Source of the DNA: Nitrosomonas sp. | Lineage (GTDB): Bacteria > Pseudomonadota > Gammaproteobacteria > Burkholderiales > Nitrosomonadaceae | Assembly: GCA_023257295.1 (NCBI GenBank) | Contig: JALRCN010000022.1 | Coordinates: 1 to 51,613, forward strand | Reading direction: 5' to 3' | Length of the DNA: 51,613 nt | Part shown: one piece after another, positions 30,150-41,034 of the stretch | How the letters are laid out: the number at the start of each line of letters is the position of its first letter | Numbering within the stretch: position 1 is the first letter of the stretch | Notes under the pieces: model-generated | Databases searched by the model: none | What the model saw: the letters and a program-made list of their open reading frames with translations, nothing else | Told to the model about the DNA's origin: nothing | Made by a program: the position numbers and the translations under genes

Positions 30150-31784
30150 ATGTCATTACTCACGCAATCGCCTGTCTGGCGTGCATTACAAACACATCAT
30201 AAGGCCATGGCGCAGCGTCATTTGCGCGAATTGTTCCAACAGGACGCGCGTCGGTTCGAGAAGTTTTCGTTATTGTTTAACGACATGCTGATGGATTATT
30301 CCAAACAACCTGTCGATCAAGAAACCATCGATCTGCTGCTGGCGCTGGCACGCCAGCAAAAACTCGAAGACTGGATTGCCCGTATGTTTTCGGGAGACAA
30401 AATCAACATCACCGAACATCGCGCCGCATTGCATGTCGCGCTGCGTAGCGAGCAAAGCATGTTCATCGACGGCGCAGATGTGATGCCCGAGGTCAAGCGC
30501 GTGCTGAAGCAAATGGAACATTTTTCGGTTGCTGTCCAAAGCGGCATTCGCTGCGGCTATAGCGGAGAAACCTTTACCGACATCGTCAACATTGGCATCG
30601 GCGGCTCCGATCTCGGTCCGGCCATGGTCACCGAAGCACTGAAGCCCTATTGGATCAGCGGCATCACACCGCACTTCATTTCCAACGTTGACGGCGCTCA
30701 ATTATCGCAAGTCTTGCAGCGATTGAATCCGGCGACAACGTTATTCATTATTTCATCGAAAACATTCACGACGCAGGAAACGCTCGTCAATGCGCATTCC
30801 GCACGACAATGGTTTTTATCTCGCGGCGGCAGCGAGAAAGACATCGCCCATCATTTCGTCGCCGTTTCGGCCAATCGCGCCGCAGTCGAGAAATTCGGCA
30901 TCGATCCGGAAAATATGTTCGTATTCTGGGATTGGGTCGGCGGACGTTATTCGCTGTGGTCGGCAATCGGTTTACCGATTGCATTGACGGTCGGCATGGG
31001 CAATTTTTATGCGCTGCTCGCCGGTGCGCGGGAAATGGATCGGCACTTCGCCACCGTGCCATTGGACAAAAACCTGCCGGTTATACTCGGCCTGATCGGC
31101 GTGTGGCAAATCAATTTCTTCGGTATCTCATCGCATGTAGTACTGCCGTACGATCAATCCATGCATCGCTTCCCGGCTTACCTGCAGCAATTGGAAATGG
31201 AAAGCAACGGCAAAAGAATCGCACACGACGGCGATACCGTCGATTATGCGACCAGCCCCGTCGTTTGGGGCGAGCTCGGCGCCAACGGTCAGCATGCGTT
31301 TTATCAATTGCTGCATCAGGGTACGCAGCCGGTTTCAGCCGATTTTCTGGTACCTTGCCAGAGCCATTATCCATTTGGCGATCATCATCGAGTGGTACTG
31401 GCCAATTTCCTGGCGCAAACCGAGGCGCTGATGAAGGGAAAAACCGAACAGGAAGCGCGCGCGGAAATGACATCGCAAAGTATCGATGCGGAAACGATAC
31501 GACAACTGACTCCGCATAAAATATTCCCTGGCAATCGCCCCACCACATCAATTTTATTTAAAAAACTGACCCCAAAATCACTGGGCTCTCTGATCGCGCT
31601 GTACGAGCACAAAGTTTTCGTTCAAAGCGTGATTTGGAATATCAATCCTTTCGATCAGTGGGGGGTGGAACTGGGCAAACAATTGGTTGGAAAAATCCTG
31701 ACCGAGTTAGAAAACCATGTTCCAGTAACTTCTCACGACTCATCCACCAACGGCTTGATCAATCACTTAAAAGCAAATCGCTAG
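30150..31784 (+). CDS. pgi: Glucose-6-phosphate isomerase
   Basis: [51 protein letters not shown]. Confidence 0.97.
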   Translation: MSLLTQSPVWRALQTHHKAMAQRHLRELFQQDARRFEKFSLLFNDMLMDYSKQPVDQETIDLLLALARQQKLEDWIARMFSGDKINITEHRAALHVALRSEQSMFIDGADVMPEVKRVLKQMEHFSVAVQSGIRCGYSGETFTDIVNIGIGGSDLGPAMVTEALKPYWISGITPHFISNVDGAQLSQVLQRLNPATTLFIISSKTFTTQETLVNAHSARQWFLSRGGSEKDIAHHFVAVSANRAAVEKFGIDPENMFVFWDWVGGRYSLWSAIGLPIALTVGMGNFYALLAGAREMDRHFATVPLDKNLPVILGLIGVWQINFFGISSHVVLPYDQSMHRFPAYLQQLEMESNGKRIAHDGDTVDYATSPVVWGELGANGQHAFYQLLHQGTQPVSADFLVPCQSHYPFGDHHRVVLANFLAQTEALMKGKTEQEARAEMTSQSIDAETIRQLTPHKIFPGNRPTTSILFKKLTPKSLGSLIALYEHKVFVQSVIWNINPFDQWGVELGKQLVGKILTELENHVPVTSHDSSTNGLINHLKANR

Positions 31785-31863
31785 CACCTGCCATTTTACT
31801 TTCAAACAGCGTTTGATTGCCGCTACACTGCACGTCACCATCAATCGCAAAAAAGAAACAACG

Positions 31864-33234
31864 ATGAAGTCCGCGCTCGCTGTTTTGATTGCAGCAATGC
31901 TTTCGGCCTGTATTTCTCACCCGCTGGAAGCGCCACCGCCGCCTGCGGTCGTAAACACGGTTCCCGAGAATTGGCCGCAAGCGCAAGCGCAGAAACAACA
32001 GCACAAAACCGCATACCTCGAATCGCATCGGGTAGCATACGATTGGTTCGGCAATTTCGCGTTTAGCGAAACCGACGGCATTCCTTATATCACGTTGAAG
32101 CTTTTGCCTAAGCTTGCGCCCGAACTGTGGGACAGCGATGACAACTTTCTCGATGCCGTCGGCTTGTTTATCGACGAGCGGCAAAAAACTTATCCGATCG
32201 CACGCGGCATCGGCTTCAGCGGTTTATCCCGAAGCGATGCGCAAGGCAATATCGATTATGCTTCATTTACTTGCGGCGCATGCCATATCGGACGGGTGCG
32301 GCTGGAAGACGGCACCATCGATTATCTGGACGGCGGCATCGTCTTGCCGCCGGAACCCGGCATCACCGATTTCATGTCGGTATAGGAGCAAGACAAGCGC
32401 CGCGCAAGCTGGGATGAAAGTCACAAACGATTGATCAACGGCGGCGGACAATGGAACGGCAATGTGCCGACACCGATTTACCGCAATCTGATCGCAATGT
32501 TGACATTGGGCTTGGATAACACCGATATGCGCGTAGCCGCATTTGCCGACGAATTGCTCGACGGCCTACCAGCCAGTCCTTATCCTTTCGCAGTCGATAT
32601 CGAACTGGCCAAGCACGGGAAATCATTGTTCGCCGAGCATTGCGCCGACTGCCATCAACCAAAAAACGGCAAGGTTTACGATACCGGCACCAGCATGAAG
32701 CGCGCTTACGTGGTCGGCACGCTGCTAAATTATGCCGCGCACAAGGAGTTGTACGAAAATTGCTCACCGGAAACCACGATCAATTTGCATGGAAAGGATA
32801 TCAAACCCTGCGCGGAATTTGACGGTGTTTCGATGGTTGGCAGGAAAGACGTGCTGATGTCGTCCAACAACGAACATCGCGGCTACAACGCCCGGCCTTT
32901 AAGCGGCATTTGGGCACAGGCACCGTATCTGCATAACGGCACCGTACCGACGGTTTACCATTTGCTGGTACCGAACGAGCGTCCGGAAAGCTTTATCAAA
33001 AGCCGCCTGGATTACGATCAAAAGCTGCTCGGTTTTTCCTGGGACCCGCAACAACCGGGCAATCGCGACGAAGGTTACTCCTTCAAGGTCAAGGTCAAGG
33101 TCAATGCCATTGCCGCAATGAGCAACAAAGGGCATGATAAAGACATCACGGAAGGCAAAAAAACCTACCGCCTCGATTGGTCGAACGATAAACAAGGCGC
33201 ATGGGCAATCATCGAATATTTAAAAACCCTGTAA
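31864..33234 (+). pseudogene. Di-haem c-type cytochrome lipoprotein (RoxA/cytochrome c peroxidase-like C-terminus) interrupted by an in-frame TAG
   Basis: Lipobox LSAC; CGACH and CADCH haem motifs; LSGIWAQAPYLHNGTVP; both ORF halves are in the same frame, separated only by TAG at 32383-32385. Confidence 0.75.
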
Positions 33235-33289
33235 TTCCGCTGGAAGCCATGAGTTTTTTCCAGGAATCAAACCGAAGTCGCGCTAATGT

Positions 33290-33318
33290 TTGATATTCGT
33301 TTATGAATTCAGTACAAT
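33290..33318 (+). promoter_or_regulatory. Putative sigma70 promoter of the rpsF operon
   Basis: TTGATA, 17-bp spacer, TACAAT. Confidence 0.65.
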
Positions 33319-33384
33319 AGCGCTCCTTTTAACCTTGTCTCACCGGCAACCGTTTTCCGGGAGGCTTTAACCCATAAGGAATCT

Positions 33385-33786
33385 ATGCGACATTACGAAA
33401 TCGTTTTTATTGTTCATCCCGATCAAAGTGAGCAAGTACCGGCAATGATCGAGCGTTATCGCGGTATTGTCACCGCGAGAAACGGCAAAATCCACCGCTT
33501 GGAAGATTGGGGTCGGCGTCAACTCGCCTATTTGATTCAGAAAGTACACAAAGCGCATTACGTGCTGATGAATATTGAGTGCGATCAACAAGCGCTGGAC
33601 GATTTGGATCACGCATTCAAATTCAGCGATGCGGTACTGCGGCATTTAACCATTAAAACCGACGGTCCGGTTACGGAACCATCCCCGATGATGCGTCAAG
33701 AAGAAAGAGCCATTCCGGTCGTAGCGGATACTGCCGATGAATTGGTTGTCGACGAATTGATCGAAGAACCCGGCGCTCCGGCGTAG
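33385..33786 (+). CDS. rpsF: 30S ribosomal protein S6
   Basis: [35 protein letters not shown]. Confidence 0.97.
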   Translation: MRHYEIVFIVHPDQSEQVPAMIERYRGIVTARNGKIHRLEDWGRRQLAYLIQKVHKAHYVLMNIECDQQALDDLDHAFKFSDAVLRHLTIKTDGPVTEPSPMMRQEERAIPVVADTADELVVDELIEEPGAPA

Positions 33787-33799
33787 ACTGCCAGCCATT

Positions 33800-34096
33800 T
33801 TGGAATGCAATCAAACCGTTATTTGTGGAAAAATCGCTAAACCGGGCGCAGTGCGCTATACACCGGCCGGGATTGCGGTGATTGAATTTACCGTCAATCA
33901 CGCTTCGAAACAAAAAGAAGCCGGTGTCGTTCGGCAAATAATCTTTGATCTTCCAGCCATGGCGGTGGGACAAGCAGCACTGGCAATTGCCGAATTGGAA
34001 CCGGATAGCGCGGTTAAACTGACCGGTTTTTTGAACAGAAAAAGCCGCATGAGCCAACAGTTGATATTTCACACCAATCGGATCGAATGTATCTGA
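33800..34096 (+). CDS. priB: Primosomal replication protein N
   Basis: RYTPAGI, KLTGFL; canonical position between rpsF and rpsR. Confidence 0.88.
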   Translation: MECNQTVICGKIAKPGAVRYTPAGIAVIEFTVNHASKQKEAGVVRQIIFDLPAMAVGQAALAIAELEPDSAVKLTGFLNRKSRMSQQLIFHTNRIECI

Positions 34097-34109
34097 TTTA
34101 CGAATAGGA

Positions 34110-34400
34110 ATGAATATGACAGCACGTTTTACACGACGCAAAGAAAGCAAAGACAAAGAAAGAGAAAAGAAAGCCAATCGTCCGTTATTCAAGCGCAAGA
34201 AGTTTTGCCGCTTCACTGCGGAAGGCATCAAACACGTTGATTATAAGGACATCGATATCCTGAAGGATTTCATCAACGAAAATGGCAAAATCATTCCGGC
34301 GCGCATCACCGGAACCACCTCTTTTTACCAACGCCAGCTCAGCACTGCGATAGAGCACGCGCGCTTCCTGGCTTTGTTGCCTTATACCGATCGTCACTGA
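34110..34400 (+). CDS. rpsR: 30S ribosomal protein S18
   Basis: [33 protein letters not shown]. Confidence 0.96.
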   Translation: MNMTARFTRRKESKDKEREKKANRPLFKRKKFCRFTAEGIKHVDYKDIDILKDFINENGKIIPARITGTTSFYQRQLSTAIEHARFLALLPYTDRH

Positions 34401-34411
34401 GGAGTCACGCG

Positions 34412-34867
34412 ATGCAAATTATTTTGATGGAAAAAATTACCAATTTGGGTCAATTAGGCGATGTCGTCAACGTTAAAAGCGGCTTTGCGCGCAACTTTCT
34501 AATCCCACAAGGAAAAGCAAAACGAGCAACCGAGCAGGCAATCGCCGAGTTTCAATCCAAGCGCGCCGAGCTGGAGAAAAAACAAGCCGCAGCATTGGTT
34601 GCCGCGCAGGCTGTAGCGGCAAAATTGGACGGCTTGCTGGTACAAATTACGCAAAAAACCGGCAGCGATGGAAAATTATTCGGTTCCGTATCCAACGCCA
34701 ATATCGCCGAAGCGCTGGCAGGACTCGGTTTCACCATAGAAAGATCCATGATCCGTATGCCGAACGGGCAATTGAAACAAGTTGGCGATTATCCGCTGAC
34801 GGTCTCATTGCACAGCGATGTGACGGCCAATATCACGGTATCGGTGCTGGGCGAAGCGATGCTCTAA
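34412..34867 (+). CDS. rplI: 50S ribosomal protein L9
   Basis: [32 protein letters not shown]. Confidence 0.97.
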   Translation: MQIILMEKITNLGQLGDVVNVKSGFARNFLIPQGKAKRATEQAIAEFQSKRAELEKKQAAALVAAQAVAAKLDGLLVQITQKTGSDGKLFGSVSNANIAEALAGLGFTIERSMIRMPNGQLKQVGDYPLTVSLHSDVTANITVSVLGEAML

Positions 34868-34892
34868 TCGCTGTTCGTTATTTTATCCCACG

Positions 34893-34925
34893 AAAACAAG
34901 GCTACTCCGGTAGCCTTGTTTTTTT
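34893..34925 (+). terminator. Rho-independent terminator after rplI
   Basis: aaaacaaggctac-tccg-gtagccttgttttttt. Confidence 0.9.
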
Positions 34926-34980
34926 ACCCTCTCAGCAATGATAGAATTCACTTCCGATCAACCATGAATTTCTATCACCC

Positions 34981-36369
34981 ATGGCGCAATCACCCATCAG
35001 CATTCACCAGGATCAATTCGTTGACCCACTGAAAACCCCGCCGCACTCCATCGAAAGCGAACAATCGGTTTTAGGCGGCCTGATGCTCGATAACAACGCC
35101 TGGGACAGGATCGCCGACATCGTCACCGACAGCGATTTCTACCGCCACGATCATCGCCTGATTTATCACCATATTTGCAAACTACTGTCGCACAATAAAC
35201 CGGCAGACGTAATCACCGTGGCCGAATCGCTTGAAACATCCGCCGAGCTGCAAACCATCGGCGGGCTTGCCTATATCGGCGCCATCGTGCAAAACACGCC
35301 GTCCGCCGCCAATATCAAACGTTATGCAGAAATCGTGCGTGAACGCTCGATCATGCGCAATCTAGCGCAAGTCGGCGTGCAAATCGCCGATTCGGCATAC
35401 AACCCGGCCGGACGTTCCGCAGCGGACTTGCTGGACGAGGCCGAAGCAAAAGTATTTGAAATCGCCGAAGAAGGCGCACGCGGAAAAGAAGGATTCATGG
35501 ACATTCAACCGCTGCTGAAAGAAGTAGTGGAAAGAATCGAACTGCTGTATAGCCAGGATAATCCGAGTAACGTAACCGGTATCGCATCCGGTTTTCACGA
35601 TCTCGATCAAAAAACTTCCGGCTTCCAGCCGGGGGATTTGATCATCGTCGCAGGGCGCCCTTCGATGGGTAAAACCGCTTTCTCGTTGAATATTGCCGAA
35701 CATGTAGCGCTGGAATTAAACAAACCGGTTGCCGTATTCAGCATGGAAATGGGCGGCACACAACTTGCGATGCGCTTGTTGGGCTCGGTCGGCAAATTGG
35801 ATCAACACAAAGTACGCACCGGGCGACTGGAAGACGAAGATTGGCCCAAGCTCACACACGCACTGGGCAAATTGAGCGAAGCGCCGATTTTTATCGATGA
35901 AACCGCCGCATTGAATGCCTTGGAACTGCGCGCGCGCTCCAGACGCCTATACCGCCAGCATGGCGAACTTGGACTCATCGTGGTCGATTACTTGCAACTG
36001 ATGTCTTCCACCAGCCATGGAGAAAACCGCGCCACGGAAATCTCCGAAATATCGCGCGCCTTGAAAGGATTGGCAAAAGAACTCAAAGTACCGGTAATCG
36101 CATTATCGCAGCTTAACCGCAGCCTCGAGCAGCGGCCCAACAAACGCCCGGTCATGTCGGATCTGCGCGAATCGGGCGCAATCGAACAAGACGCCGACGT
36201 AATATTGTTTATTTACCGCGATGAAGTCTACAATCCGGATTCGCCCGACAAAGGCATCGCCGAGATTATCATCGGCAAGCAGCGTAACGGGCCGATCGGC
36301 AAAGTGGATCTGACCTTCCTTGGCGAATATACACGCTTTGAGAATCATGCCCGCTCCGGCTATTATTAA
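34981..36369 (+). CDS. dnaB: Replicative DNA helicase
   Basis: PPHSIESEQSVLGGLML, GRPSMGKT, VDYLQLM, SDLRESGAIEQDAD, KQRNGP; no intein. Confidence 0.97.
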   Translation: MAQSPISIHQDQFVDPLKTPPHSIESEQSVLGGLMLDNNAWDRIADIVTDSDFYRHDHRLIYHHICKLLSHNKPADVITVAESLETSAELQTIGGLAYIGAIVQNTPSAANIKRYAEIVRERSIMRNLAQVGVQIADSAYNPAGRSAADLLDEAEAKVFEIAEEGARGKEGFMDIQPLLKEVVERIELLYSQDNPSNVTGIASGFHDLDQKTSGFQPGDLIIVAGRPSMGKTAFSLNIAEHVALELNKPVAVFSMEMGGTQLAMRLLGSVGKLDQHKVRTGRLEDEDWPKLTHALGKLSEAPIFIDETAALNALELRARSRRLYRQHGELGLIVVDYLQLMSSTSHGENRATEISEISRALKGLAKELKVPVIALSQLNRSLEQRPNKRPVMSDLRESGAIEQDADVILFIYRDEVYNPDSPDKGIAEIIIGKQRNGPIGKVDLTFLGEYTRFENHARSGYY

Positions 36370-36524
36370 GTAGACGCCGAATAATCCGACGAACAAAATG
36401 AGATACAGGGGATGGAGCGCAGAAAGATAAGACATATCATAGCGACAGGCAAAATTCTCGAACACCGCCCAACGCAGCAGATCACTTGCGCAGCCAATTA
36501 CTCAGTGTTTCCTTAACGAAAAGG

Positions 36525-37757
36525 ATGGAACAATCGGTGAAATATAACAACCCACATCCGCACCGGCAAAAACCTTTGCGGCGATTGTTGCCGTATCTGT
36601 TCCTTTTCGTCATTCTCTCCGGCTGCATATCACCGATAGCGCTCAATCGCGCCGTGACCGTATACGACGAAGCCGTTACCGACGCCATATCGCAACAACT
36701 GCTAACCAATATCGTACGCGCACATTACCGCCAGCCGGTGCATTTCACCGGTGTGTCCAATATTGCCGCCACCTTTACTTTTGCCGCCAATGCCGGAGCC
36801 ACGCCCGCTTTAGGCGGACTCGCCGGCACTACGCTCATGCCGGTTTTCGGCGGCAGCCTGGCGGAAAGCCCAACCATCAGCATCGTTCCCATCGAAGGTG
36901 AAGAATTTACAAAGCGCCTGCTGACGCCGTTTCCGCAAAGCAAACTGACACTGCTGCTGCGCCAGCATTTCGATGTCGATATGCTGCTGCGCATGATGGC
37001 ACAGGAAGTGCGCATGATGCACCCCGAGCAGCAAATCGCTCATCGCAACAACCCTTCCGATAAAGCGGGATATGAAATGTTCCGTCGTATAGCGCTGCAT
37101 CTATCGGCAATTCAGGATCACAACCAACTGTATGCCGAACCGCTGTCGCTGACGCACACCTGGACCATTCCCGCAGCCTCGATTGCGCCCGACAGCTTTC
37201 AGTCGCTGCAAAAGGAATTCATCGTGCGTTACAACCCGGAAACCGATACTTTTACCTTGCGCAAGCAAATCCCGGGGCCGATTCTAATCACCAATTACAA
37301 CCCCGATACGCTCTCCGAAGAAGAGCGCGAAAAACTGAACGAACACGCGCGGGAATGGGATGTCAGCGACATCGCGTTCGATATCCGCGCGGACTATTTC
37401 GGCGGCGAATGGCCGATGAACGGCTTTTTCCGGTTGCGAAGTTTCCACGCGATTCTCGGTTTTCTCGGCAAAGCGCTGGGGCAGGAAGCGGGCTATCGCG
37501 TCGAGAAAGATCCAAGAACGCCGCCGATCCTCAACAACGAGAACCCCGATCTGACCATGGAATTCACGGTTTCCGATTCTTCGCCGCCCAATGCCGATTT
37601 TTCCATTCGCTGGAACAACCGCCATTATGCGGTAAACACCACCGGCCCACATGCGCGCTGGAATCGCGATGCGTTTCAATTACTGTTCCTGCTGTTTCAA
37701 ATGACCGTTACCGATTTGCCGCGCGTCGGTGTGCCGAGTATCACGATCGCCAAGTAA
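36525..37757 (+). CDS. Hypothetical lipoprotein (start uncertain)
   Basis: Long ORF with a lipobox-like FVILSGC after a basic/hydrophobic leader. Confidence 0.7.
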   Translation: MEQSVKYNNPHPHRQKPLRRLLPYLFLFVILSGCISPIALNRAVTVYDEAVTDAISQQLLTNIVRAHYRQPVHFTGVSNIAATFTFAANAGATPALGGLAGTTLMPVFGGSLAESPTISIVPIEGEEFTKRLLTPFPQSKLTLLLRQHFDVDMLLRMMAQEVRMMHPEQQIAHRNNPSDKAGYEMFRRIALHLSAIQDHNQLYAEPLSLTHTWTIPAASIAPDSFQSLQKEFIVRYNPETDTFTLRKQIPGPILITNYNPDTLSEEEREKLNEHAREWDVSDIAFDIRADYFGGEWPMNGFFRLRSFHAILGFLGKALGQEAGYRVEKDPRTPPILNNENPDLTMEFTVSDSSPPNADFSIRWNNRHYAVNTTGPHARWNRDAFQLLFLLFQMTVTDLPRVGVPSITIAK

Positions 37758-37787
37758 CAATTACCTGACGAAGTTATCTTATCAAAA

Positions 37788-38180
37788 CCAACAAAAACGC
37801 ACCGCTCGACCCCAAACAACTCGGCAAACCATACGATCCCGCGCGGTTTGAATTCGAAACCACAGCGGAACTGGAAGATTTGACGGAAATCATCGGCCAA
37901 GCGCGCGCAATGGATACCGTGCATTTCGGCACCGGCATTTCTCTCAGCCGCACAAACCTTGGATGCTCAAACTGCCTCACGGGTGCGGCGAAGAATTGCG
38001 CTATTTCGATGCCACGCAGCAAGACATGGTCGAGCATGTCGATGATCTCCGCAAGCAGGAAGAATCCGTCAGCATTTCTGGTGTTCGAGCAATCGTATGG
38101 CATGATCGACGGTGATAGCGCTTCGATGGTGGAACTGTGCGCATTGCTGTCCAATCTTTCTGATGCGTCGATCAGGCCAT
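37788..38180 (+). pseudogene. Remnant of a LonB-like/AAA ATP-dependent protease gene (N- and C-terminal fragments only)
   Basis: FEFETTAELEDLTEIIGQARAMDTVHFGTGI (N-terminal) followed shortly by LVFEQSYGMIDGDSASMVELCALLS (Lon protease catalytic Ser motif). Confidence 0.7.
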
Positions 38181-38241
38181 CACACGGCTCAGCAAACTGG
38201 CAAACCTCAGCAAAGCGCTAATGCAGAAATAATCCCGGTGC

Positions 38242-41034
38242 TTATTTTTTCCTGCTTTTCCCGGTACGGGCGACAGGCAGCAGGCTGGTCAGCGCCTGAT
38301 AGCGCTCGAACAAAAACGCTACACGCTCGGCTTCCGACACAAATGACTTCTTGCCATACGCCGCATCGACGGCGCGATCCAGATCCTGATGCGCGCGCAC
38401 CAGTTGCGGCGGCATCGACAATGGATCGTACAAATCGGCGAGTGTTGAGCCGGGAAACAGCGCGCGGGCATCGAGCACGGCCTGCGCGGCGGTTTCGATG
38501 GCAGAAATCCCCCGCGCTAGCGCGCTTCCCCCCTTTGTCAAAGGGGGGCTAGGGGGGATTTCAGGCCACGGGAAGTTGTTGTAGACGATGCCAACGGAAT
38601 AGCGGTAACGGCTTTCCAGACGTCCGCATACGGTACGCATCCAGGCGTTATGCATGGTGGAAGTAAGGATGCCGAAGTGGTAGAGAGTGGCGTTGGGGAT
38701 CATGTTATTCAAATCAGTGCTGATGGTATGGCTATCGAAAAATCCGATCGGTACAAATAGCCTACGCTCAGAAGATACGCGAGGTACAAGAATATAATTG
38801 CTCTCTGGTTGCCGATTTTCAACAAATAATATGGCGGTAGCGGCGTGTTGGCGAGTTTGTGCTTTCGTGCTTTTAAGCCGGAATGCTCGTACAGCTTCCA
38901 CTCGCTTCATCACTTCTGGCATGGTTCGCAATTCATTGGGAGTGATTCCGACCAACCACAGACACCAGCGTGTTTTCCCATTAATAAATTCTTCGGCACC
39001 GAGTAATGGTCGTAGCCATTTTTCAGCTTGCGGTTCTTTATTGAGTAATTCAGTTTTTTCTTCTGACGATAATAGAAGATTTCCACCATCAACCGGCTTG
39101 TTGCCATAAAGCATTTCAGGAACATTACAAATAGGGTCAGTTCGATTCTCCAACACGACATTCGGCGCATCCACCAAATAAGGATTGATATTCGCGGCGG
39201 AAACTGCATGTGGCTCCCCTTGGATATCAGCGTACTCAAAAATCATTTTTTGCACAGCTTCGTGTAAACCGAAACCGATAATGACGCAATGCACGGCGGC
39301 TTTACCGCTGGCTTCGCTGCTCCATTGGAAGGTACGGTGCGCGAAATGAATGTGCACGCCGCGTTGCAGCAGATCCGGCCACAGCACGCCGACTTGTTCG
39401 CCTTGTGTGATCGAATTGGTGGAAACGAAAGCAACCTGAGTAGCCGGATGAGCGGCAATGTAATCGGTGGCCTTGCGATACCAGCAGGCAACGTAATCGA
39501 GCAGCCCGGCATTCCTGGTATCGTGAAAAATTGCGGCGACATCAATGCGTTGCGCTTCGTTTAAGTAAGTTTTACCAATAAACGGCGGATTGCCCATCAC
39601 ATAATCGCATTCGCTCGCCGCAATTACCTTGTTCCAATCCAGTCGTAATGCGTTGCCGTGCACGATGCGTGCAGATTTATTGAGCGGCAGGCGGATGAAG
39701 TAGCGACCGAATTCTTCCGAGATTTGTGCGTTCATCTGATGGTCGGTGAGCCACAGCGCGACTTGCGCGATTTGTACCGGGAATTCCTCGATTTCGATGC
39801 CGTGGAATTGGTCGACGTTGACTTGCACGATGGCGGAGATGTCGAGCATCAATTGGCCGTCGCTGTGCAATTCGCGCAGCACTTTCAGTTCGAGCAGGCG
39901 CAGTTCGCGGTATGCGATCACCAGGAAGTTGCCGCAGCCGCACGCCGGGTCGAGAAATTTCAAGCTGGCGAGCCTGACATGGAATGCTTGCAGGTTCTGG
40001 GTTCTTCCCTTGACCGTGCGGGTAATTTTGTCGAATTCGGCATGCAGTTGGTCAAGGAACAGCGGACGGATCAGCTTCAGGATATTTTCCTCGGTGGTGT
40101 AATGCGCGCCGAGGTTGCGCCGCGCGTTCGGCGTTTCGTCCATGATGTTCTGGAACAACGAGCCGAAAATCGCCGGGGAAATGCCACTCCAATCCAAGGC
40201 GCAGCAGTACAGCAGCGCGGAGCGCATGTCGCTGTCGAAGCTGGCGAACGGCAGGCGTTCTTCGAACAGTTTGCCGTTGACGTACGGAAAACCGGCCAGC
40301 GTTTCGTCGATATTTTTCAGCCGCGCGGTTTCCGGCGTATTGAGGATATCGAACAGTTGAGATAACTGTGCCGCCAGATCGCTACCGTCCTCACGGGTTT
40401 TCTGTTCGATGAATTCGGTGAACTGCGTGCGCTCGAAAATGCCGGTATCCTCGGCGAACAGGCAAAACAACAAGCGCACCAGATACACTTCCAGGGCATG
40501 GCCGGTGTAGCCGATCTGCTTCAGACGGTCGTGCAATTTCGCCATGCGCTGCACCGCTTTGGCATTGACCGGGCTTTGCGGTGATATTTTCTGCGGCTGG
40601 TACCCGGCGATGAACCAGAACAGCTTGACGAATTTGTACAGTTCCTTGAGCAGGAATTCGGTCTGTGTGCCTTCCACCGTGTCGTACAGACGAAAGCGCG
40701 CGAAATCGCAAACCAACACGAAACGCGGCAGTTCATGCTCCTTCAATCCGGGGAAATAGTCGATAGCCTGCTGGTAGGCGCGATCCAGGTCCTTACCGCG
40801 CGACTTGTGTTCAATCAGCAGATTGCCTTTCCATAACCAGTCGATATAGCCGTCGCGTCCGTCGAGTTTCTTGACCTTCTGCTCGAAGCTGCCGATGCGC
40901 TTGGAAGTGATACCGAACACGTTGAAGAATTCGATCCAGAACGGCTTGGCATCGGAGTCTTCCGATTCGGCTTTAGCCCATTCGCGGGAAAATGCCAGTG
41001 CGCGATCCTTGATTTCGTTCCAGGCCAGTGCCAT
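38242..41034 (-). CDS. MmeI-like Type IIL restriction-modification enzyme (nuclease + N6-adenine MTase + TRD)
   Basis: MALAWNEI N-terminus, YID..LLIEHKSRG PD-(D/E)xK motif, GAHYT, FLDPACGCGNF (motif I), GNPPF (motif IV), LADLYDPLSMP C-terminus. Confidence 0.9.
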   Translation of the reverse strand: MALAWNEIKDRALAFSREWAKAESEDSDAKPFWIEFFNVFGITSKRIGSFEQKVKKLDGRDGYIDWLWKGNLLIEHKSRGKDLDRAYQQAIDYFPGLKEHELPRFVLVCDFARFRLYDTVEGTQTEFLLKELYKFVKLFWFIAGYQPQKISPQSPVNAKAVQRMAKLHDRLKQIGYTGHALEVYLVRLLFCLFAEDTGIFERTQFTEFIEQKTREDGSDLAAQLSQLFDILNTPETARLKNIDETLAGFPYVNGKLFEERLPFASFDSDMRSALLYCCALDWSGISPAIFGSLFQNIMDETPNARRNLGAHYTTEENILKLIRPLFLDQLHAEFDKITRTVKGRTQNLQAFHVRLASLKFLDPACGCGNFLVIAYRELRLLELKVLRELHSDGQLMLDISAIVQVNVDQFHGIEIEEFPVQIAQVALWLTDHQMNAQISEEFGRYFIRLPLNKSARIVHGNALRLDWNKVIAASECDYVMGNPPFIGKTYLNEAQRIDVAAIFHDTRNAGLLDYVACWYRKATDYIAAHPATQVAFVSTNSITQGEQVGVLWPDLLQRGVHIHFAHRTFQWSSEASGKAAVHCVIIGFGLHEAVQKMIFEYADIQGEPHAVSAANINPYLVDAPNVVLENRTDPICNVPEMLYGNKPVDGGNLLLSSEEKTELLNKEPQAEKWLRPLLGAEEFINGKTRWCLWLVGITPNELRTMPEVMKRVEAVRAFRLKSTKAQTRQHAATAILFVENRQPESNYILVPRVSSERRLFVPIGFFDSHTISTDLNNMIPNATLYHFGILTSTMHNAWMRTVCGRLESRYRYSVGIVYNNFPWPEIPPSPPLTKGGSALARGISAIETAAQAVLDARALFPGSTLADLYDPLSMPPQLVRAHQDLDRAVDAAYGKKSFVSEAERVAFLFERYQALTSLLPVARTGKSRKK
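38504..38562. repeat. Palindromic REP/MITE-like element inside the R-M coding sequence
   Basis: Terminal IR gaaatccccc/gggggatttc, internal hairpin cccccctttg-t-caaagggggg, palindrome cgcgctagcgcg. Confidence 0.75.

Noticed and set aside
32383-32385. Programmed amber recoding (pyrrolysine)
   Set aside because: No pyl genes or supporting context; a nonsense mutation or sequencing error is simpler
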